The notes below the pieces were generated by a model. The model was not told the DNA's origin. It searched no databases and saw only the letters and a list, made by a program, of their open reading frames with translations. The position numbers and the translations under genes are program-made. Below, piece by piece: positions 55,540 to 64,000 of a DNA stretch of 64,000 nucleotides. The DNA comes from Felis catus (Eukaryota), in contig NC_058368.1 of assembly GCF_018350175.1 (NCBI RefSeq), forward strand, positions 21,082,001-21,146,000, written 5' to 3'. The first letter of the stretch is position 1, and every line of letters begins with the position of its first letter.

Positions 55540-55930
55540 AGCAAGGTAACATTCCACAAGAATAATCCATTAGAGTATGTTCATACCTACAAGAAACAAC
55601 CTCAAATCTCAAAATTCTAGTAGCTTAATACATCAAAGGTCGTTCAATGCAGTCAGCAATAAGAGCTCTGCTCCAGGTAGTCATTCAGGAACCAGGTTCC
55701 TCCCAACGTTGTGGCTCCCCTGTCTTAAACACAAACCAGTATGGGAGTGGAGAATGGAGAAAGCCCACCCATTCCTACCTACCTTAATGTACAAAGGATA
55801 CAACCACTTTTGCTCATATTCCATTGGCAAGAACTAGCCACATGACCTCACTAGATACAGGAGCTGGAAAATATAGTTTGACTATGTGCCCGGGAAGAAG
55901 AAACAGGTTTGGTAAGCACTGAGCCAGATG
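55540..55930 (-). mobile_element. MLT1J/K-like MaLR LTR fragment
   Basis: cttttgctcatattccattggcaagaactagccacatgacctc...gagctggaaaatatagt. Confidence 0.65.
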
Positions 55931-56314
55931 CCAGGAGTAATTACAAGAGGAACTCCCAGAAAGCCGCCCAAACACGTTGGTCTTCAGTATTTTCATGTAT
56001 CTCAGATAATAACATCCTAGAAAACATGGGCACTGTCTGGACAATTTTCTTACTAGCACTTGAGTCAGTGCCTCATCTGTTAACACTTATTCATAGGATG
56101 AAAAGTGTGTGGAGTTTGACTGCCTTTATGTCTAGATTCTGCTACGTGCATCCTGTGCAACCAACCTGGGATAGGTCATACATCCTCTTGGCACCCCAGT
56201 TTTCTCCTTTGTAATACAAGGGTATTGGTACCTATTTTACAGGATTATGAAGTTTAAGTAAGGTAATTCTTATAAAACACTCAGCATAGTGCCCAATACA
56301 TTTGTTTAGTGCTC

Positions 56315-56467
56315 ATTTATTTATTTGGAGAGAGAGAATCCCAAGCAGGCTCTGCACTGTCAGCACACAGAGCCCCATGCAGGGCTGGATCTCACGAACT
56401 GCAAGATCACGACCTGAGCCGAAATCAAGAGTCAGATACTTAACTGCCTGAGCCACCCAGGTGCCCC
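56315..56467 (-). mobile_element. CanSINE
   Basis: Reverse-complement SINE ending agccacccaggtgcccc. Confidence 0.93.
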
Positions 56468-56714
56468 AGCACAAGACTTTTTAACATTTGTTGAATCCTT
56501 CCTATATGCCACAGAATACCAAAAGGGTATTAATAAGCTAACAATACTTATAACAACTACACTTTACATACAGAAAAACAGGTCCAGAAGAGTTAAACCA
56601 TCCCAAGTCATACAAATAGTAAGTGGAAAAGCTGGATTCGGAGCTCAACCTCTATACTATCATCTCCTGCCTCTCAATAAATATTCCTGGTTGATTATTG
56701 CTATTTTACCATCT

Positions 56715-57700
56715 TTACTGAAGTATAATTGACATACAATAAACTGCACTTATTTAAGATGTACAGTCTAAGGTTTGACATGTTATACATCTGTGAAACT
56801 GTCAACACAAGTCATGAACATATCCATCACCCCCCAAGAATTTCGTCAAGCACCAAACTGTTGGAAAGACTACCCTCTCTCCACTGAGTTGCCTTTGCAT
56901 CTTTATCAAAAATCAATCGACCCTATATATATGGATTTATTTTTCCACTATCTCCATTGACATTTGTCCATCTTATCATTGTTACCCTTATATTCGATTA
57001 TTATAGCTTTATAATAAGTCTTGAAATTAGGTAATATGAGTCCTCCAACTTTGCTCTTTTTCAAAGTTGTTTGGCTATTTTAAAGCCTTTGCATTCTATA
57101 CGAATTTTAGATCAGCCTCTTAATTTGTACCAAAAAAAGTATATTTTTCATCTATAGATCACAATGAACATTGTGAATATTTTCTTGGGAGGACTCTGGG
57201 TTCTATTATACTTCTCCCAAAGGGTATGATATTTTTGTTTTGGCAAAGCTGCAAAAAAAAATAAATAAAAATTTAAGTACTCCATGTTTCAGGCAATAGT
57301 TCATATTTCAGCTCAGTTTACTTACCTTTTACTGAGTGGCTTGTAGTGTGCCACATGCATCTATGGTTCAGGGGCCAGCCAGAAATTTGTGAAGTTTATA
57401 AACAGAATTTGGCACTCCCCTCTCTGGCTCTTTCCTTGTAGAGATTTCCTCCTCACTTTTTAATGGCCGTGGTTGCTCTCAACTCTCTCCTCTAATTCTT
57501 CATGCCGAAAAGGCTATCGACATTTCTTATGAACTACTCTTCAGCTAAAAACCATAACTGAGGAATGAATTCTTTGTCTTATTCTGTCATCCAATTACCC
57601 TCCATAATCTGTTTGCATGTATCCACTTTCCAGTGCCTCCAAGTAGTTGTTCTTTGTATTTTTTTCATCTGCAATTGGTCTGGTAGCAAACTTAGCCATC
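56715..57700 (-). mobile_element. Old L1 fragments (L1MB-type 3' end, ORF2 piece and a 5'-end-like piece)
   Basis: tttactgaagtataattgacatacaataaactgcac; atagctttataataagtcttgaaattaggtaatatgagtcctccaactttg. Confidence 0.7.
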
Positions 57701-57984
57701 CCAGGGGTGAAAATCAGTATGCATTTTTAAAATAACAATTAGGCATAAGACATTTAAGTGTGAAAATGGGCATCTTGTATTAATTTCGTTTTATAACAAG
57801 AAGACTTAGAGAACCAAAAGAGCACAAGGCAGCTTAGAAATAAAGAGTGAATATTTCTAGAAGTGGAGAAAATCCACAAGGGGAGAAAGAGTCACCAAAG
57901 ACAACATAATGCTGAATTAGGGTTGACTAGGCCAAGTCTGACCAAAGTGATAAAGATTATTGGTTATTTGGAAGGCCACGTGGC

Positions 57985-58452
57985 TGTGCTCAGTACCTTC
58001 TACTTGCCCAGTGCTGCTTTCCACTCTTCTCCACCTGTGCTCTGCCCCAGGAACCGACCTATACGGGCTCCAGGCTGCATCAGGAGCTCCCTTCCCCTGT
58101 GGCTTCCATTTGAATTCAACCGGTGGTGAGTGTCTGCAGAAGATCAAAGGGAGGGATGAAAGTGAAGTCAGAAATGTTTCCCAGGATCTTTCCCACGTAA
58201 GTTTTTGTGGGTGGACCGCATCCCTCCACCAAAGGCCACAGTTCTTGTCAGGAGGACCTCTCCAAAAACTCTGGGTTCTCGTAAACCCTCCCTCCCCTCG
58301 TCCCTTCAGACTTACTGGTAATGGCTTCCCACCAGGATACTACAACATCCTCTGTTGCTTTTCCTAAACCCAGCACACACCTAAGTAAATAGGCCCTTTA
58401 TTAAACTCTTCCTGGTGTGAGTGCACCATCTGTTTCCAGCCAGGTCCCATTA
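57985..58452 (+). mobile_element. ERVL solo LTR (LTR33-like)
   Basis: ttccactcttctccacctgtgctctgccccagg...cctttattaaactct...gagtgcaccatctgtttcc. Confidence 0.75.
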
Positions 58453-59069
58453 GAGCGAGCACTCTCAGAAAAAAAGTGACTTTAACAGATCCTTAGAAAC
58501 AGAGGATGGTAAAGTACCAGCCCACATGTTATCAAGGCAGTGGAGGAGAACTTCAATATCTCTGAAAACAGTAACTCATAAATTTCATTGACGCATCTTG
58601 TCTAATTTAATGCTAACACTCCAGTTGAATAGATATTGACATCATCTCTATTAAAGGTAAGAAAACTGAGATTTTTAAGGCAGAGTTGAGCCACTGGGAT
58701 TCCTGACCTTCTTTAGACTACAAATCTTATCAAGTCTTCACTACGCCTGACTCTTCCCATTCAGACAACACATGCCACCAATGCTAAAATTAAGAGCTCT
58801 CTGCCCGTAGAGGCAAGACATTAAATTCTTTGAAGCCCAGGGAAGGGAGTGGTCATTCCAGCTTTGCCATTTGTTAGAACCCAAATTCTGGGGAAATAAC
58901 ATATGGCAAATTCAGCCAGTTTGGAGATCTGAGTTTATTGGTCAGAGACCCCTCTTAGAGTTATTTTAAAGAAACCGTAAAAGAAACTGCAATATGGGGG
59001 TTGTCACGTGTACAGCTCATCAACCCATGGCTCCCCAGTTCTCAAGTTTATGACATTGAATGAAAGTCA

Positions 59070-59310
59070 GCAGAATAGATTAAGATCTCAGGCTCTGGAG
59101 ACAGGCAGATCTGAGTTCCTGGTACAAAGCTTGCTAGTAGCTGGGAGCTTGCTAGCAAGCAGTATAACTTTTCTCATCACCCTCAGTTTCCTCATCTATA
59201 CTATGGAGATAATAATAATCCCTGCATCATAATGTTAAATAAGTTAAATAAACTAGTGCATTTTAGTGCTTAATACAGGACCCGGCTCACTGTAATCACT
59301 CAATAAAATG
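59070..59310 (+). mobile_element. MIR
   Basis: ggctctggagacaggcagatctgagttc...cctcagtttcctcatctatactatggagataataat. Confidence 0.85.
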
Positions 59311-60764
59311 TGGCCAAAATAATACCCAGATTCTAATACACAGCGAAGGTTCATTTTACCGTAAGATGGCCTGTAAATATTAAAAGAAAAAAAAATCCTC
59401 TTAGACACATATTAAAGACACAATTTGAAATTTACAGAGAAATAAAAACCTAAGCCTTAAGTGTATCCAACACTGCTCCCACCTCCATTTCAATAAAAAA
59501 GAGAGAGACTCCAGAAGTTGCTGGCCCTCCAAGTAAGCCTGTCATTTCCTAAAGTAAAAGCTTTAGGTATATATATCCTGGGTATAAAATGTAACAGAAA
59601 GCTGTGTGCTCAATTTATTTTATAGCTTCTTACTTATTGTTTTCCATTTCCTGTTTTAAAGCTGTAAACTTCCCTTAAGCTGCAGCTAAAAATATTATTG
59701 TCATTGAATTACCTAATTTCTTAGTATAGAGTCTGGATTGGAGGCTGTCCCCAGACCCACACCCCTACTGAGCTGCAAACCAGTGCATTGCTGTTTGGAC
59801 GGCGCAGTTTGCCCTTGTACGTGGTTATAACGCTGCCATTTGATGTTCGTGAGTGAGTTCTTTCTGCAGATGAAGTTACTCTAATGAGCAATTCTGGATC
59901 AAGATTTTGACCATGGAAGGCATTCTGTAAGTATTTGGAAATTGATTTATTTACCAGAAATGGGAATATTTTAATAGTATTTGATCATCTTCCACAGGGA
60001 GACCAGAGATTACCCCCTTTTAAAGGCTTTTTAACCTTGAACATATTTTATCCCAGAATTACACAAAGTGTGAGGGGTGGCTCAGGTCTATCCTCTTCCT
60101 CTTGGTAAGCACAGGAACAAAGCCAGGGTCACTGAGTCTGCCCTCCCAGACCTGCTTGTGGAAAGCTTCCGGATAGCCTACTCCCCAGGCATTGACTGTC
60201 AAGACACAAGTAGGGCTTTCTTGGGGATGCCATCCTGCAGGGTTCAAGGTCAAAGTCTTGTCTGTTGCAGAATCAGAACCCAATTAATGTCACTCACACA
60301 CTCACAAATAGAAATGGTCACAAAAATTGATGTTATAATCCAGTATTTGGTTGGATTTTTTGTTTGTTTGACTCCTTCATACTCAATTTCTGTTCTGAAA
60401 AACTAGAGGTAGGCTGAGGCAGTTGGGATTTGCTCTTCGAAGTATAGCAGGTATGTGCTCTGCACTCCACCCATCCGAATCTGAACACCCACCATCCTCC
60501 TCCATCCTCCTCTTGGACACTCCAGACAAACACACATTTCTATTGTGTGCAGATGGTCTCTCAGATGGACTGCAAGACCCCATAACTCAAGATTTTGCAC
60601 AGTTGTTACAATTTCTGTCAATCATAAACAGATATCATCTAAACCACAATGGCTTTAGGACTCCCAAAACTTGGATCAAATAAGTTTAGATATCTCTACA
60701 GATTTTAACTTTAAAATGTTACAAGAACTTCCGTGACTCTAAAAACTTTATATTTCTTTAAATT

Positions 60765-60959
60765 TGTTTAAAAATTTCTTTATCTATTTTGAGAGGGAGG
60801 AGCGGCAGAGAGGGAGAGGGAGAGATAAAGAATCCCAAGCAGGCTCTGCATTTTCGGCACAAAGCCTGACACGGGGACTGGACCCACAAACTGTGAGATC
60901 ATGACCTGAGCTGAAACCAGGAGTTGGATGCTAAACTGACTGAGCCACCCAGGTGTCCC
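60765..60959 (-). mobile_element. CanSINE
   Basis: Reverse-complement SINE; actttatat on both flanks. Confidence 0.93.
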
Positions 60960-61019
60960 TGAAGACTTTATATGTAATTTTTCCTTCATAGTATAACTGG
61001 CTGATAAAACAGAATTCCT

Positions 61020-61247
61020 TTTTTTTAATATATATGGTTTATTTTGAGAGAGAGAAAGAGAGCACACAAGTGGGGGAGGAACAGAGAGAGAGGGAGAGAG
61101 GGAGAAAGAGAGAGAGAGAACCCCAAGCAGGCTCCACATTGTCAGGGCAGAGCCTGAATCAGGGCTCAGACTCACCAACCATGAGATCATGACCTGAGTC
61201 GAAATCAAGAGTCAGTTGTTCAACCGGCTAAGCCACCCAGGCGCCCC
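61020..61247 (-). mobile_element. CanSINE
   Basis: TSD acagaa(t/c)tcct. Confidence 0.95.
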
Positions 61248-62699
61248 ACAGAACTCCTAGTATTACTGAAACACAAGTTACTACACTGATAAACAGTCTT
61301 CAGCAAAAAACAAATTTCCATTTTCAGTAACCCAGAATAGCACATCATTGTGGCCACTATCATCTTAGATCTTTCAACCACTGGTTAGGGTATCATTAAA
61401 AAATGGAAGCAACTGAGCTCAGTGGTGCCGCATCTGGGAACTGCCAAGACTCACTGCCAGGAAGTCTGGATATCATACAAAATAGCTGGAAAGCAGGTTA
61501 CCTGTTACATAGCGGTGAATTGATGGTATCATTAGGCACTCTGCCCCACCCACCACAATCTACATCTCAGTGGATGTACTAAACATGGCGCCAGCTTCCA
61601 TTGCCCAAGTGGCTCCAATTGTCTCCATCATCAGACACACCCGCCAGCCCCAGCTTCTGGGAGGTAGCCTGGCAGACCAGGTGGGGCTCCTTCCAACCTG
61701 AGGAGAGCCTCCTGCTCTCTGCAGACAGAAGGCTCTCTCAGCTCCTGCTCTAATTTGTCTTGAAAACCAGCACACATCAGAGATTGGAAAAATCAAAACC
61801 TCACAGCAACGATAAGAGCACTGAGAAGCAGCCGACTTCCTGAATCTTGAAAAGAAATGTCATTGGAAGATATTTTTCTCACTGCCGCCTGTGTTTTCTT
61901 AGGCACAGCTAAATTCAAGGACCGCCTCTCCCAGTCTTACGTACTCAGGCTCTCCGGTGAAGGGAGGGCAGACAGCTGCCGAAAAAGTGAGGCTGTGAGT
62001 CCAAGGAAAGGATACGAAACCCTCAGGAAGAAGGTGTGTAATATTTTTGTTGAATCAAATCATGATTTTGTAAGGGGAAAAAAAAGACACACATAAAAGT
62101 CCATTTAATGTTTGGCAAAAAGGGAGAAAAAAAAAAGCTTTCTGTGTTTAATGCAGACTCACTTCAAGGGAGCTGTAGGTCAAATTACCAGCCTGTGACA
62201 TGTGGAGATTGGCTGAGCGGGCTAACGGTAACTCAAATTCCAATGCTCCTGGCCTGTTCCCGAGCCCATAAACTACACAGAAAATGATCCTGTTTGCTGA
62301 ATTATTTTCAATTGCAACAGCTGCTGTAACAACTCAGAAAAATTTAATATGTATATACAGGCCTGGTGAGTAACCACTTCAATATATAAATTTGGGGGGG
62401 TACGCAATTTTATATATATGTATTATATATATAAATAAAATATTGATACATAATATATATGAAAATATTGAAATATATATTAGTCCACAATATTAGTCCA
62501 CAAAAACTTTCTCCCTATAAAAACCTTCTTTAACCAAACATACCCATAACAAATCATAATACGGAGCTTCACAGACCCTTCCACTAAGGCTCCTGGGAAT
62601 CTTAACGGCTATCTCAAAAACAGTCTTCAATAAGCATGAAATTCCTCTGGAGCCACCATTGTGCAAGCTAGTCTACAATATACCCATGTTTCATTTATT

Positions 62700-62862
62700 T
62701 TCTCTCATTTTTTATTTAGGTATAACTGACATTAGTTTCAGATGTAGAACGTTTGATATTTGTATATATTGCAAAATGATCACCACAGTAAGTCTAGATG
62801 ACTTATGATGCATAGTTAGAACTTTGTTTCTTGTGATGAGACCTTCTAAGATCTACTCTCTT
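62700..62862 (-). mobile_element. Short L1 3' end fragment
   Basis: tataactgacattagtttcagatgta...aaatgatcaccacagtaagtcta...aagatctactctctt. Confidence 0.8.
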
Positions 62863-62871
62863 AGACTCATG

Positions 62872-63048
62872 TTTGTTTTTGTTTTTGTTTTTGTTTTGTA
62901 AGTTTATTTATTTTAAGAGAGAATGAAAGTACTAGTAGCGAGTGGCGGGGAGAGAACCCCAAGCAGGCTCTACACTGTCAACATGGTGCCCGACGCAAAC
63001 CTGAGCCAAAGTTGGAGGCTTAACCAACTGAGCCACCCAGGCACCCCC
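62872..63048 (-). mobile_element. CanSINE with internal deletion
   Basis: TSD tagact(ca/tg)tgttt. Confidence 0.9.
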
Positions 63049-63594
63049 TAGACTTGTGTTTATTCTAATATAAAAGCAACTTCCCTCAAATCTTAAAGTG
63101 AAATTCATGCTTTAGGAAACTGCATTGCGTTCTGCCTTTGGCTTTGCGTTCCCTTTGACAAGGCACACGTCCGCCTGGGCAAGCTTTGAGCCTGGTTGCC
63201 CTCTTAGCAGCAGGAACGTGTGAGGGAGATGAGCTGCTGTCTTCCAGCATCAGAGCCACCCCCACACCCAGGTCGTTGGACACCGTCCTGCACTTGTCCT
63301 GCTCTTGCACTTTGCATTTCTGTTATTGTCGTTTTCACGAGTCTTTCAATGGGAACACGGAATTCCTAAAATGAAACTTCTCCACTTGGGGCTCTCTGGT
63401 AATTTAGGAGAGAGATGTGGACCCGTGTCTTCCCTGGTTATACATGAGTTTTTGGGAAAACCAACAACGAAGGGTGGGTGGTCTGACAAGGAGGCCAGAG
63501 AAAGCACCGGATCCCCAAACTTCATCTGATTATCTTGGCCAATATATGCATGCTGTTCCTTTCCCCCAGCCACCACCTAGGCCCAAAGCCTTAC

Positions 63595-63611
63595 CTGACT
63601 TGAAACAGACC
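63595..63611 (-). other. Candidate 17-nt microexon GGTCTGTTTCAAGTCAG
   Basis: Minus strand: cttattttacattgtccttag|GGTCTGTTTCAAGTCAG|gtaagg; 136-nt AG-free, U-rich zone upstream. Confidence 0.6.
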
Positions 63612-63769
63612 CTAAGGACAATGTAAAATAAGACAATGACAATTGAAAATGTTAAATTAAAAATACAGAAAAACATAATATAAATAAAAATATGCAAGTT
63701 ACGAACAAAAATTAAGAGATAATAAAGGTAGATTTTGTTGTTGTTTATGCTTCGTTTCGTTTGTATTTT

Positions 63770-64000
63770 CTAACCTTTATCGTGAAAACGTTCAAATCTA
63801 CAGAAAAGGTGAGGAATAGTTAAAGTCAATACCTATGTGTTTTTTGTTTAGATTCAACAATCGTTGGCATTTGTGAAATTTGCTTTATCCATCTCTCTCA
63901 TGCATGACCTAAGACTAAGGATATTCTCCTCCGTAACCCTCATAACATTATTGCAACTAAGAAATGAACAATTATTCCAGTCCATATTCAAAAACTGTTT
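63770..64000 (-). mobile_element. Old L1 3' end fragment
   Basis: tagattcaacaatcgttggcattt...aaggatattctcctccgtaaccc...cagtccatattcaaa. Confidence 0.65.

Overview
This is mammalian genomic DNA, almost certainly from a cat-family (Felidae) species: it carries about 30 felid-type CanSINEs and felid L1 3' UTRs. The window is intronic or intergenic and rich in repeats. These include a nest of L1 fossils at 10.7-20.3 kb, further L1/L2/MIR fragments, MaLR/ERVL solo LTRs, Tigger2- and MER5-type DNA transposons, a 3'-truncated U6 retrocopy and two minisatellites with higher-order structure. I recognise no intact protein-coding gene. The longest ORFs are L1 ORF2 remnants, or SINE/microsatellite read-throughs. 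The most interesting non-repeat signals are three candidate minus-strand microexons (17, 7 and 10 nt, the last with a GC donor), each behind a long AG-free acceptor region. There is also a promoter-like CCAAT/GC-box/YY1 element at 35.2-35.5 kb and a MEF2/E-box/AP-1 enhancer-like block at 31 kb. Together these suggest long introns of an unidentified minus-strand gene. Repeat family names come from recalled consensus sequences, and the boundaries of old repeats are approximate. I found no evidence of a novel self-contained biological system.
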